A DNA stretch of 64,000 bases, taken from assembly GCF_009914755.1 (NCBI RefSeq), contig NC_060926.1. One strand, 5' to 3'. This document shows, one piece after another, positions 1 to 14,599 of this stretch. Every line of letters begins with the position of its first letter. Position 1 is the first letter of the stretch. The stretch is from the human T2T-CHM13v2.0 reference genome, Homo sapiens. The notes under the pieces were generated by a model. The model was not told the origin of the DNA. It ran no database searches and worked only from the letters and a program-made list of their open reading frames with translations. Position numbers and translations under genes: made by a program.

Positions 1-79
1 CTAAATCTCAACAAGATCCCTGGGAAATTCATATGCATGTGAAAGTTTAAGGAATACAGAATACACACACCCCCAACCT

Positions 80-270
80 CCCTGTTTTTCTCTCACTTCA
101 TCTATGTATTTCCTTAATTTTACATTCACAATCTAAAATTATCTTGTTAATTTATTTTCCTTTCTATCATCTGCCTCATCATATTGGAATGTAAGCTTTA
201 TGAGAGCCAAGCCCTCATGATATTTACTGATGTATATTTCTAGTACACACTCAATAAATAATTATTAAGT
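80..270 (+). mobile_element. L2 3' end fragment (approximate bounds)
   Basis: L2-like terminal motifs 'gaatgtaagctttatgagag' and 'cactcaataaata'. Confidence 0.5.
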
Positions 271-377
271 AAATAAGTTCTGAGCTCATTTCCTTATTCT
301 CACTTTTATTTATGACAGATCTCCAATCCACCTTGCCTTCTCTCCTCCTTTTCTCCTTTTTAGATATTATTTATCCA

Positions 378-711
378 GCTGGGTGCCGTGGCTCATGCCT
401 GTAATCCCAACACTTTGGGAGGCCGAGGCATGTGGATCACCTGAGGCCAGGAGTTTGAGACCAGCCTGGTCAACATGGAGAAACCCTGTCTCTACTAAAA
501 ATACAAAAATTAGCTGAGGGTGGTGGCATGCGCCTGTAATTCCAGCTATTTGGGAGGCTGAGGCAGGAGAATAACTTGAACCCAGGAGGCAGAGGCTGCA
601 GTGAGCCGAGATTTTGCCACTGTGCTCCACACTCCAGCCTAGGCGACAGAGAAAGACTCTGTCTCAAAAAAAAAAAAAAAAAAAAAAAAAGGAAGAAAGA
701 GAAAGAAAGAA
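378..711 (+). mobile_element. AluS, full length, A-tail followed by (GAAA)n
   Basis: Both Alu arms and linker present; imperfect TSD agatattatttatcca (362-377) / agaaattatgtatcca (712-727). Confidence 0.97.
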
Positions 712-1652
712 AGAAATTATGTATCCAACAAATTATTTCTCAAACATTCCAAGCACATGCACTTCTGACCTCCTAGACCCTATAGGAACAACTCAGACAC
801 CCACACTCACTTCAAGTGCTTTTTGTGTATATGTTTTATCTCTCCAACCAAAATGTAAATGTCAGGAGGGCAGAATCTGTGCTTTATACTTTATTGGTAT
901 TTCCCAGAATTTACAGCAAGCAGATAAATGCATTCATTCTAGGTGAAAAGAAAGATTTACCAAAAGAGTCACAGAGAAAGTCTAGAAAAGAGAAATCCTA
1001 GAAAATAGTTTAGACAAATCTCTTTACAAGTACATTGAATGGACTTCACGTGAGTCCCCATAGCAAAGGTGTGTTATTTAATTATTATAAGTTAATCACC
1101 TCACTTACAAGTTGTGTTTTACATTTTAATATTATTATATTGTCTCATTGAGATTATTTTAAAATAATCCCTTATCCTAGAATGAAACTTGCATCTAACG
1201 TTATGTTTAGAGATTTCACATGACATCTTTGCTAAAATAAGTTTCAATTAGAATGAACTTCACTTAGGACACGTCAGTTCCTAACTTCCACTTTGATCTC
1301 TTCATAAAATCTTCCTAGTTTTGAATTTGAAAATAGGGCTAATCTTCCCCACGGTGGGGTATGAACTCTTTATTGTAGGGATTCTGTCTTTTGCATGATG
1401 TTAGTGAGGGTTTATGATCCCAGACGTATGTTGCTCCATTTTTCTGTCCATTCCTACATTGTTTGTGGCACACATCCCACATATACCAAGAAGACCGATT
1501 AGCTAATCTGTCAATCTTGATAAAGTGCCTGGAAATGCCCTGAAGAATTACCCAAAATAATAGTTTATACCACAGACACTACAAACTGGAAAATGTTTCA
1601 AGCCTCAAACACTCTCCCATACCAATTATCTAACTTCATTATGGTTTTCCAC

Positions 1653-1708
1653 CTTCTAGGTGGCATTTAGCATAAAATGTCTTCAAGGTGGCATTTAGCA
1701 TAAAATAT
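1653..1708. repeat. 28-bp tandem duplication (2 copies)
   Basis: cttctaggtggcatttagcataaaatgt / cttcaaggtggcatttagcataaaatat. Confidence 0.9.
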
Positions 1709-3435
1709 TTGCACTCTTTCATAATACTAAATAGAAAATACCTGTATATTTTCAAAAAAGGAAAAGAAAATTGTCATGAGTAATGAAAATGTTACTAAAA
1801 ATGAGGTGCTGGGTCAGGTGGAATTCTACACAGACTACAGAGGTAGAAACAAAGCAAACATGAGGAAAATACAATGAGCTCCATGACCTTGGTTTCCAAT
1901 GCGTTTGATTTATATCAAAGCCAAATGTGGTTCATCCCTTACTAATCACTTTATCTGGAAAGGAGAGAATGAAAACATTATTTTTGTTCGTTCATGCCCA
2001 GAACATAAATGAAATTCAGCAAGGAAAATTAAGTCAGTCATCCAAAGATTCGAAAATTTTCTCTTTCCTTAAGCCTCTGAACCAAGACTTAGATTTTGTA
2101 AGGTTCTGATAAATTACTCATCTGGTTACAACACACATTATAATTGTAAACTGGCCAGACTGGTTCAAGTTCCTTCAAGTATGGGTTGAGAGTAGGTGCT
2201 TTCCTTTAATTATTATCTGTTTATTAAATTGTGTTTCTTATCAAAACCTCAGAAACATGTTAATGCTTTTTCTCCTGAGCAGTATGTAGTGACTGCTTCT
2301 CCACTGGTTTAGGATATTATCCTCTTAAGCCTCCTAAGGGTAGAGAGAAGAACTTCTAGAGTTGTGGTAACCCTCTGCCTTAGTGGGTGACCCAACTCTT
2401 CCTCACTTCGCTGTCAAAACAGGCTCTCTCGTGATTCACCATCTCGTTGAAGGCACTCACCTTTCCACTCGGACACTGCACAGTGACCTGGTATATCTGT
2501 CCTAGGTTGGCTCACTTATCTTGATATTATATGTACTCTGTGTGTATTTTTCCCTTGGCAATGCCAGTTTTTAAATATAAGTGAGTGGGAAACCAGAGAC
2601 AAAGGTAACAGTGTTAATCTTAATGTGCACATTTCAAGTAAACCGTAGTCTAACAGTAAGAAAGACGATAATCACAGAACATTCTAAGGTAAGTATAAAT
2701 GGGAAATTGAAAGGAAAATGAAAGGGAAAGAAAAGTTGAAATAGTGTTTCTGAAAAGCAAAAAATTATGCTTTGATTTGCTTCTAGAACACAGTGCCCAC
2801 TTCTTAAATTTCCTTTTTTTTTTTTTTAAATTTTGATGAGTAGGCTAAACTACTACGTGCATACATAGGCCTTAAAAGGACTAGTATAACTTGCAAAGAG
2901 TAGCTGAATTTACAATTTAATCTACAGTCCTAAAGGAACTTGATAACCTGATTCTTTGTATATTCTTTGTCCAAAGGCTATAATCAAAATTACCATAATG
3001 TCACTAAGAAAAATTATTTAAAGACTCTATAAATTTTAATTAATAAGCTACAGATTTCTTAACTCATCAGAGCACTTCTGTCAGGTGGGGCAAAATTTTA
3101 ACTAATGATCAAAAGGAACCTTCAAAACAAGGAGACCTAAGAGATAAATTATAAATCACAGTGAAAGGGTGACAGATACAGCTTCCCCCACCTTCAAATT
3201 CAGAATTCAGCAAATTGCGCAAGAACTACATTGAAAACTCTTGCCTGTGCCCCCTAAGAGAGTCTAAAATGCTACCCTTACTAAAGTACCCACTTTATCT
3301 ACACTTGAAGACCCAACCACTTTTGAGAGTAAATTACTTCCGTGAATCTGATCCACATGAGAAATGGAGAAAATCCTCTCTGTTTTCTGCCTGAAACCTG
3401 GAACTACCTTCTAAGAACATTATCTGGAGAGGAAG

Positions 3436-3809
3436 TGATATGGTTTGGCTTTGTGTCCCCACCCAAATCTTATCTTGAATTGTACTCCCATAATTCCCAT
3501 GTGTTGTAGGAGGGATCCAGTAGGAGAAAATTGAATCATGGGGCAGTTTCCCCCATGTTGTTCTCGCGGTAGTGAGTAAGTCTCATAAGATGTGAGGTTT
3601 TATCAGGGTTTTCCGCTTTTGCATCTTCCTCATTTTCTCTTTGCCTGCTGCCATCCATTTAAGACAGAAGTTACCCCTCCTTGCCTTCTGCCATGATTGT
3701 GAGGCTTCCTCAGCCATGTGAAACTGTAAGTCCAATTAAACCTCTTTCTTTTGTAAATTGCCCAGTCTCGGGTATGTCTTTATCAGCAGTGTGAAAACAG
3801 ATTAATACA
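3436..3809 (+). mobile_element. THE1 (ERVL-MaLR) solo LTR
   Basis: Starts tgatatggtttggct...ccccacccaaatct, ends gtgaaaacagattaataca; TG...CA termini; 5-bp TSD ggaag/ggaaa. Confidence 0.92.
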
Positions 3810-4729
3810 GGAAAGAAATAGGGAGAGAGAAAAAGACTAGACATCTGAGTTAGCCAACAGTATTTCTTCTGATATTCTTGCTTAGAAGACTCTATTTCCA
3901 AGGACAGACATAGTTAAAAACTAGGGAAGGAGGACCAAGATACACAAGTTAAATGATCTGTCCCAAGGTCATTTCACAGATATGCATGTTTCTCCTTTTC
4001 AGAAATTAAAGACTTACATAACCAAACCAAAAAGACTCAGAGTCCCTAATGAATCCAACAAGAGAAAATTATTTGCCTCAAAATACAAACATTTTAACTG
4101 ATATTTTAAGCTGATTTGATTTGCTAAATTTACAAAACTAACAAGTTTCGACTCTTTCAAGGGAACTGGCTTGGATGGAGCCAAGAGTTAATATACCAGC
4201 ATGTTGCCAAGGGTAGACGACATGCCCCGCCTCCCATATCCAGTTACATTTTCTAACATGCAAGGGGACCTTCTTTACTTTCTATTGTCCCTTCCCCTCT
4301 ACATACACACAATACCCCACTGCAAGATGTGAGATATGGCACATAGGAATGGAAGGCAAGATAAAACAGTCATTTTGTCATAGCATAAGAACACAATTGG
4401 CATGTGCAATGCAGGCACAGCCTCATGATGGGAAGCTCTAGGCAACAGTGGTGGAAAGACAGACAGAGACAGATGCTCACGGAGTATCACTGCCCAAGGG
4501 GAGTCAGTGCTAGCATGTGGGTGACACAAGTAGGCTGGCTGAGGAACAAGGACCTCGATTCAGAAGAGCAAGCCTGACCACCAGCAGAAAAGGGGCAAAT
4601 AAGGAAGCAGAAGTGTGATTTCCACATGAGGCAGCATACCATCTTCCCCCAACCACACCTTAGGGTCTGCAAGAGAACATAAGGAGGGGGAAGCCCTGAA
4701 GTTGTATCATGGGACATGTGGCCATCTCT

Positions 4730-6340
<1,611 letters not shown>

Positions 6341-7624
6341 CACTAGTCTTCACTAAGAGACAAACACCATTGCAGTTAGAGAAGTTATAATTAAGATTAG
6401 CCAGCAATTGAGTAAAGGAGGCAGGTTCCCCAAAGCCAAGCATCAACTGGCCTTGGGAACCTCCAGCAGCCACATGTTCCTTTTATGCCTTGAAGGTGGT
6501 ATTTCATACTCAAATGCCTACAGACCATTAGAGTAAAGCAGGAAGAAGGCCTGGAAGAATAAACTGGAGACAGCAGGCCCTTTTCCAAGGGGGCAGCCAC
6601 TCAGCTCCAGCTCATTTCCATGTGGGGATATTGGGGTGAAGGGATATTACCATATTGGCAGCTTAGTTAACAAAACTCCCTGGGTTTTGACTCATCTCTT
6701 GACTCCTGATTCTAAGGAGTGAGTTTGCTGTCCTTTGCCTGTATCAAAGGGAGCTCCTCTCATCCTCACCCTTTGAGGCTAACACAGTGGGACAATCACA
6801 AGTCAGCCTGTGGTTTCTGCCTGAAGGTCACCCATTTGCAAGCTTGGGTTTAAAGCAATAGCTGTCAGCCATCTGTTAGAGACACTGCTATGCCACAACC
6901 AGTTTTGAAGTGTATCACAAATGATTTGTTATTCCACCAACATTAAAGGACCAACATTTGCCAATTATTTTCTTCTTAGCTAATTACATTGTTTTTGATC
7001 GTGATCATGGCTTTAGTGTTGTGTACTTGCATTCTGATATGCATCTTTGATCTTTGAACTGGAGAGAAAAAAAGGTAAAGTTAACACATAGAAAATTAAA
7101 ACTATCCTATCTATGGGGTTTGTGCTGCATGCTAACATCATTTTTTATGTCTACCATGATAGAATTTAGAAGTTTGAGAACCGTTACTTTAAAATTACCC
7201 CGTAAGAGCGTGTAATATTTTCCATTAAATTGGGACTCAAAATTTTAATTATATATGAATTTAGTCCCATTAAATAGAAAGGAATGCCTTGGCAGGAAGT
7301 CAAGCCAGAACACTTAGTCTGAACTATAATGTGCCTGAAAAAAAAAATCCCTTAATACTTTTTCAACTTAACCTCCCACTGTAGACCTTTGATTTCCGCC
7401 ACCAACTACCAGATTGTACCTTTCACGCTTTTACATCCAAGCCCTTGCCCATGGTATGCCTCACTCCTGGCGTCCATTTTCTCTTCTTCTCTCCTCTTAT
7501 TTAAACCATGGCTAGCCTGCAAGGCTAGAATGATTTTCATTTCAAATATAAGCTCTTCCTTCACCACTATGGCCCACGGAGATCTGTCCTGCCTCAGAGA
7601 GTCTAAGATTATGCCAGTATCAAG

Positions 7625-8521
7625 TGTTTGTGATGTGGCTTTGGTGGGCAGCTATCTCTTCACGTAACAGGACAAAGAGAGCTAAACACAGGAGTACATC
7701 TGAGCAGTGCAAGGAATGGACTGTATCAAATGTTGGTGCCTTCCTCATAGCCCTTTGACTGACTTTGGAGGTCACTTTCAGCTTGACAGGCCAGTTCCCA
7801 TATGTTAATGGTTTCTTATCTTTCAGCCCATGCATGGAAATGTCAGTGAGTTAACACCCTCAGAAGCAAACTTCAGTGAAGGATGAGAGTTGGTGGATTA
7901 ATACCCCAGCTTCCTCACCTCTTGGTGCAAAAATCCTGAGCTGTGCTCCACATAGTACCCAGAAAATCCTTAACAGGATTGAGCCCAGTTGCCCAGGATA
8001 AGGACTTGTTTGGTCATCTCCCTTCCCTTCTGCTATGGTCTGAATGTGTCCCCTCCAAAATTCATATGTGGAAATGTAATCATGAATGTGATAGTATTAA
8101 GAGGTGGGGCTTCTAGGAGGTGATTAAGACTGGAGGGTGGAACCTTTATGAATGGTATTAGTGACCTTATTATTAGTGCCCTAGTCCTTTTTGCCCTTCT
8201 ATCCCCACCACCATGTGAGGACATGGCATTTGTCCTCTCCAGTAGACACAGCAACAAGGCACCATCTTGGAAGCAGAGAGCAAGCCCTTACCAGAGACTA
8301 GATGTGCCAGAGCCTTGATCTTAGACTTTCCAGCCTCTAGAACTGTGAGAAATAAATTTCTATTACTTGTAAATTACCCAGCTTATGATATTTTGTTATA
8401 CCTGCAGGAATAAACTAAGATACCTCCCTCTCCATGTTTCCTAGGATTATCTCAGAAATAAACTACTAGTCCCTAAATCCTTATCTTGGGGCCTGCTTTT
8501 TGGAGGACTCAAATGAAGACA
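7625..8521 (+). mobile_element. LTR16-like (ERVL) LTR split by an MLT1A insertion
   Basis: 3' end 'aataaactactagtccctaaatccttatcttggggcctgc...aagaca' resembles the LTR16 family terminus; 5' bound approximate. Confidence 0.55.
8031..8422 (+). mobile_element. MLT1A-type MaLR solo LTR
   Basis: Starts tgctatggtctgaatgtgtcccctccaaaattcatatg; contains 'ccagcctctagaactgtgagaaataaatttct' and ends 'aactaagata'. Confidence 0.85.
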
Positions 8522-8989
8522 TTCCCTGATGAAAATTTTACTTCCTCGAAAAGAGATCTTCTGTCTTCCTGCCCCATACAGAACCTTGCATGAACTCTTG
8601 AATGGGAAAATACTCGATAACTATCTGAAATCCATTGAGTAATAGAACTTTTAAGTGATTTGACCAAAATTGAGAAAGATTTAAGCACTTTTGCTTTTGT
8701 CCTCTCTCCCCTTCATACCTAGTACCCATAAAACAGGTCTAGAACCTGACAAATTTCCGATCTATTTTCTTCCCAGCCTCAGGTATAAAGAAGAAGGTCG
8801 CACTATCTGGGGTTATCATTCACCCTTTGGTGATATTTAGTCAACCTACTATAATGCCTAAGAGTCTCCTCTTCACTAATTCTTTTAACAAATTGTGAGA
8901 CAGTGGGCTTTAGGCCTTTTGAATGAATCCTGAACATTAAGGAGCAGGTTTGTGAAGGAATTTTTTAGAATTGAGGAACACTAATGAAT

Positions 8990-9469
8990 TACTTAGTATT
9001 CAATTTGGCTGGCAGTAACAGAAGACCCAAAATAAGCAAGATACTACTTATTTCTTTCAAAAAGCCGGCATTGGGTGGTCCACAGCTGGTAGGGCACTCT
9101 GCAGTGTCAGGAACTCAGGTTCCTTCTCCCTTGTTAGCTCCTCAGTTCATTATTCTATTCCCTCGGTTACCTCCATCTGAGTTTATTGCTCCAAATCCAC
9201 GCCATCACATCCACATTCCAGGTGGCAGGAAGAAAAAAAGAGACAGGGGAAGGAATGTTGCTTCCCTTTAAAGACACTTTCCAGAAGTTAAACAGCCTGC
9301 CTCAACTTACACTATATTGATTAGAACTTAGTCCCATGGCAATCCTTAGCTGTAGGGGAGGTTTTATTTCAGGCAGGCCTAAGCCAGGTTAAAATGAGAG
9401 GTTCTATTACAAATATTTCTATATTAGAGGAGAGTGGTCATAGGTAGACAATTAGCTGCCTCTGTTACA
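8990..9469. mobile_element. Old MaLR/ERVL LTR (MLT1K/LTR33-like; approximate)
   Basis: 'catcacatccacattccagg', 'gaacttagtcccatggc', terminal 'gtagacaattagc...tctgttaca'. Confidence 0.45.
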
Positions 9470-11496
9470 ACTATTATGTCACTAGAATGGCACCAAAAGC
9501 TGCCCAAATCAGAATCTGATGTTAGGAAACAGAATGTGGCCACAGTAAGTGAGAAGTGGGTATGGATTATCATGCAAATGTCTTTATTGACCCACTAACA
9601 ATTTCATGGTCATAGGATGACAATGGGGGCAGGGAATGAAGATGGGAGTTTTACATGTAGATGATCTCTAAGTTCAAGTAAAGCTCATACTACTGTGTTA
9701 TGTGTATGCTTCTTTTGATGATACCAGTCATCAAAGAAGAATACTAAAACTAGAAATTATCAGAACTGAATCTAGTGTGACTCATGGGAGAAGAGCCTGG
9801 GTGTAGTGCTCAGAAGAATTACCTCGAACATTCCAAAAAGAAAAGAACTTCAAAATCCCAAATCATATACTCGTTTATAACAGACTAAAATATAATATTC
9901 TGAGGGACTCTAAGACCGATATCCATTTAAATCAGCTCAAACTCCAGGCAGAGGCACCAGAAATTTACCATTTACAAATGGGTAGGCAGCACAGCAGTTG
10001 GGATGTGTCCCTTCTGTTATCTGGCTTCCAGATCCCATATTGAAAACAGCACGCATTGCAAAGGCTCTAACCTCCTAACGCTACAGAACACCTGCACCTC
10101 AGCACACCAGCATGACCAGGGTTACCACTCTGTGTAAAGCTGCAGGAAGAATTGCTCTTTGAAAAAGGACACACAAGAAATGCAAGAAGGCAGGCTTGTA
10201 AAGGAGAAGCTTGAAGAGCCTTAGAAAAATCAGACAGAAATCACAATAACGTTCCTCTTGTTTCTCCTGGAGTCCTAGTATGAAGAGATTCTGTGAGCAC
10301 TGAAACTGTTCCATGAGAGCCAGGCTAGAACATTCAAGTTCCCTCTGGCCTAGGAGATGGTACTGGACCCACCCCAGATTACCATGGACCATCAACATTA
10401 CGAAATGAAAATTCCTAGGAGTCACCTCCTTAGCTGTCTTAGGGAACTCCATAAGAAGAAACAAGATAAAGGGCACCAAATAATTCTTGTTAAAAGGTTA
10501 TCAGTTGTTTTAAGAGAAATGCAAAAGTGCAAACTTTACCCAAAAAATCATCATTAGTAAATCACTGATGAATAAGTTTTATTATCCTCTCTTTGCAGTT
10601 TTGCTTGGTCAGCCTGTTACACACCAACCAGTTTGAGCTGCATCAGACTTTATGGGTTTCCCTCTCCTTTTAATTAACTTTAAAATCTTATTAGCCCAAT
10701 TATTAGCAATATGTTACAAGGCACCAAGACTGCAGCTGTGAATGTGTCTTTATTAAAAAGGCACTACCATGAGTTAAGAAACTTTCAGCATTATTATAAA
10801 CTCTATAAAGGCTAGAAAGATAATTCAGTTTGCAAATTAGTCCCAATTCAAACTTGGCAAGGGAAAGCAAATTAGGTTTGAATTAATTTGCTTCCTTCTC
10901 CCATTCTTCCCCAAAACATGTAATTCCTATTAGCAATTAGCATCAGTAGACTTTACACTGGCACTTGGAAAGGTGTACCAACTCATAAAATAAGAACTGA
11001 AAGTGTGATGTTATTTTAACTTAAAAATCGATGTGTGAAGAAGGAAGAGAAATGTGCTTTTAGATATATCGTTCTTCCTAAGGGACACATAAATTACCCT
11101 AAATTTCACCCAGCTTGAAAAGCTAGTATATTGTAAACCGCTCTCTCCTTTACAAACCAGGGCCATTCTAAGAGGAACAAGAATGAATTTGTCATAGACT
11201 CAGCCCCACAAAACCTTCTAAATATAGAATCTGCTTGCCTTTGTTCACAGCTCTTCCATTCTAATAGTTTTACTAAGGGCGCAAACAGTAGGTTCCTTTA
11301 TTGAAAGTGGAACTATATCTTCGGGTGCAGAGTATTTTGAAGGCCTTTTCAAGGCAAAATAAAAGAAAATGTGAAACCAAAGAGCTCTGGGGATCTATCC
11401 ATTCTAATCCAGGCTCACAGACAATCTGATCCAAAATATAAAACCCCAGGACCACAGCCTTGCCTGCTACCCTTTGACACTTATATATTGTACTCC

Positions 11497-11690
11497 ACTG
11501 CTTCTCAAACCTTAGAATGCTTTGAATCACTTTGAAACACTTGGAAAATACAGATTCAGATTCCCTGTCCTTACCCCTGAAGATTCTGACTCATTATATC
11601 TGAAGTGGAACACAGGAATTCTCTTGGGACTGGGATTTTTGGTAATTCCGAGCAAGGAGACTTTGCCTCACACTTTAAGAAATCTGATTC
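11497..11690. mobile_element. MER5-type hAT-Charlie MITE
   Basis: 'cttctcaaacctt...gaatcac...aaaatacagattc...gattctgactc...cacactttaagaaa'. Confidence 0.6.
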
Positions 11691-12179
11691 TACTTTTTAT
11701 GTGACTTGGGCCTGCTTTAAAACAAATAGGCATAAACAAATAATTTTCTCTCTTCTTTAATTGCCTGGAAGTGGGCAATTTGGTAGTTATCAAAATTTCA
11801 CAACAAATATGAATAATATCAAATAAAGTAAATTTTCTAGGCCTAGCGACTTTATTTAAAAATATTGCTCCATATGGATGAGTCCACCAGAATGGCTGAG
11901 AAACACATTGTATACCCAGAAAGCAATAGGATAAAATGAGTCTTTGGTACAGAGACATCTAGAAATATATAGTGCCTACTAGCAGAAATATCTATATACA
12001 TAACATGCAGTATATGTATATGCAGTATATATGTATACATAGTAAATACATATATACATATTTGCAGTAATAATCTGTTAACCTTTATTACTAATCAAGA
12101 AAAACAAAACACCTTACTTTTAGATACGTTTGTATATTTCAGGACTCCTACAGGCTTCTATAAGTGATGCCATACCTTC

Positions 12180-12393
12180 ACTACCGCATTTCTCACTATC
12201 TACATTTGGGCAGGACAATGCTTTGTTATTGGTCACTATGCTGTATATTGCAAGCTATTTAATAGGATCCTTGGCCTCTAACCTACTAGATGTGAGTAGC
12301 AGCTCTCTAGCCTCCTAGTTGTGACAATCAAAATTTCTCCACATTGAAAAATATCCCCCCGTGGGGAAAATCAACCCCGGTTGAGAATTGCTA
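12180..12393. mobile_element. MER20-type DNA transposon
   Basis: 'catttgggcaggacaatgctttgtt...ttgtgacaatcaaaa...cggttgagaa'. Confidence 0.65.
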
Positions 12394-13196
12394 TTTTACT
12401 TCTACTTCATCCTAATCATACAATACCTAGCAAGTGCTTATATGTACATTAGTATAACAGGTTGACCTAATGCTGCTATTCAAACACATCTAACATTTAC
12501 TAGATGTCAGTACTATAATTTTTTAAGATGAAAAAACACCTTACATATTTGATCTTAGTCACCCTTACTAACATTTTTATAGATAAAAAAGAATCAAGCT
12601 TGGAAAGATTAAAAGACTTGCCCAAGGTAGTCAGGGATGGAGTGGAGTTTCACACCCAGTGAAACTCCCAAACCCCTATGTTTAACCACTGCTGTCAATC
12701 ACCTCCCATGGCAGTGTATAAAGTTAAAACAGTGATCTTCATGACTCCTAGGAATTTTCACTCTAAAACAAGAAACACTAACACAGGCATTTATGAAGAA
12801 AATAAGCACCAAGTACAGAGATTTGTTCAACAAATCAAAAGGAGACAAAATTCTATAAATAAATTATACATAATAAACCTCATTAATTCTATTTAGAATT
12901 TGCTATAATTCAAGAAGGAGCTGGACCATTGTTGACTTTTCTACTATTTACACACACACACACTCACACAAATCTGTGAAGTGACAGTATACATAGGGTT
13001 TCCAAAGGAGTGCCTAAGCACTCCAGAAAACATGCAGACACCCACTTCTACACAGCCCAGTTACCATCCATGTAAAGACCAACGCTACTTGGATACCCAG
13101 CACAAATGGTTCATCTAGCTATTGAAGGAGATCCTCTAATGGGCCACACTTCGCCTATGTACAGGGAGAGTGTCCACTTGAAAATAACAAAATGGC

Positions 13197-13492
13197 TTTT
13201 TTTTTTTTTTTTGAGACAGAGTCTTGCTCTGTTGCCCAGACTGGAGTGCAGTGGCGTGAGCTTGGCTCACTGCAACCTCTATCTCCCAGGCTCAAGTGAT
13301 CCTCCTGCCTCAGCCTCCTGAGTAGCCAGGATTACAGGCAGGCACAACCATGCCTGGCTAATTTTTGTATTTTTAGTAGAGATGGGGTTTCACCATGTTG
13401 GCCAGGCTGGTGTCAAACTCCTGACCTCAAGTGATCCACCTACCTTGGCCTTCCAAAGTGCTGGGATTACAGGCATGAGCCACTGCATGGGT
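13197..13492 (-). mobile_element. AluS
   Basis: Poly-T then reverse-complement Alu; flanked by caaaatggc on both sides. Confidence 0.97.
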
Positions 13493-13691
13493 CAAAATGG
13501 CATATTTTTAAGAATAGTATTAAGTTCTACTTTGCTGCTATTTGAGATCTCCCAACCCTCTGAATTCAGACTGCTAATCACTCTCAAAGACTGGCACCAG
13601 TGCCTCTCAACACAGCTGTCTCGTGAAGCCATCACAAAATGATGACTGTTTATACTTCCTTCCCTACTACATCAGAATGAACACAATTTTT

Positions 13692-14599
13692 CGGAAGGAG
13701 GAGCCAAGATGGCCGAATAGGAACAGCTCCTGTCTACAGCTCCCAGCGTGAGTGACGCAGAAGACAGGTGATTTCTGCATTTCCATCTGAGGTACCGGGT
13801 TCATCTCACTAGGGAGTGCCAGACAGTGGGCGCAGGTCAGTGGGTGCGTGCACCGTGCGCGAGCCGAAGCAGGGCGAGGCATTGCCTCACCTGGGAATTG
13901 CAAGGGGTCAGGGAGTTCCCTTTCCCAGTCAAAGAAAGGGGTGACGGACTCACCTGGAAAATCGGGTCACTCCCACCCGAATATTGCGCTTTTCGGACCG
14001 GCTTAAAAAACGGCGCACCACGAGATTATATCCCACACCTGGCTCGGAGGGTCCTACGCCCACGGAATCTCGCTGATTGCTAGCACAGCAGTCTGAGATC
14101 AAACTGCAAGGCAGCAGCGAGGCCGGGGGAGGGGCGCCCGCCATTGCCCAGGCTTGCTTAGGTAAACAAAGCAGCTGGGAAGCTCGAACTGGGTGGAGCC
14201 CACCACAGCTCAACGAGGCCTGCCTGCCTCTGTAGGCTCCACCTCTGGGGGCAGGGCACAGACAAACAAAAAGACAGCAGTAACCTCTGCAGACTTAAAT
14301 GTCCCTGTCTGACAGCTTTGAAGAGAGCAGTGGTTCTCCCAGCACGCAGCTGGAGATCTGAGAACGGGCAGACTGCCTCCTCAAGTGGGTCCCTGACCCC
14401 TGACCCCCAAGCAGCCTAACTGGGAGGCAATCCCCAGCAGGGGCACACTGACACCTCACACGGCAGGGTATTCCAACAGACCTGCAGCTGAGGGTCCTAT
14501 CTGTTAGAAGGAAAACTAACAAACAGAAAGGACATCCACACCGAAAACCCATCTGTACATCACCATCATCAAAGACCAAAAGTAGATAAAACCACAAAG
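13692..14599 (+). promoter_or_regulatory. L1 5'UTR: internal sense promoter and antisense promoter, CpG-rich, intact YY1 site
   Basis: CAAGATGGCC at 13705-13714; many retained CpGs; promoter function taken from established L1 biology. Confidence 0.85.
13950..14144 (-). CDS. ORF0: L1 antisense ORF0, shortened to 64 aa
   Basis: MAGAPPPASLLPCSLISDCC...RVGVTRFSR* matches ORF0; stop codon falls where the canonical 71-aa ORF0 continues with Cys. Confidence 0.75.
   Translation of the reverse strand: MAGAPPPASLLPCSLISDCCASNQRDSVGVGPSEPGVGYNLVVRRFLSRSEKRNIRVGVTRFSR

Noticed and set aside
10099-10557. Exon- or pseudogene-like purine-rich stretch
   Set aside because: Stops interrupt the frames, there is no poly-A or TSD, and no parent gene is identifiable
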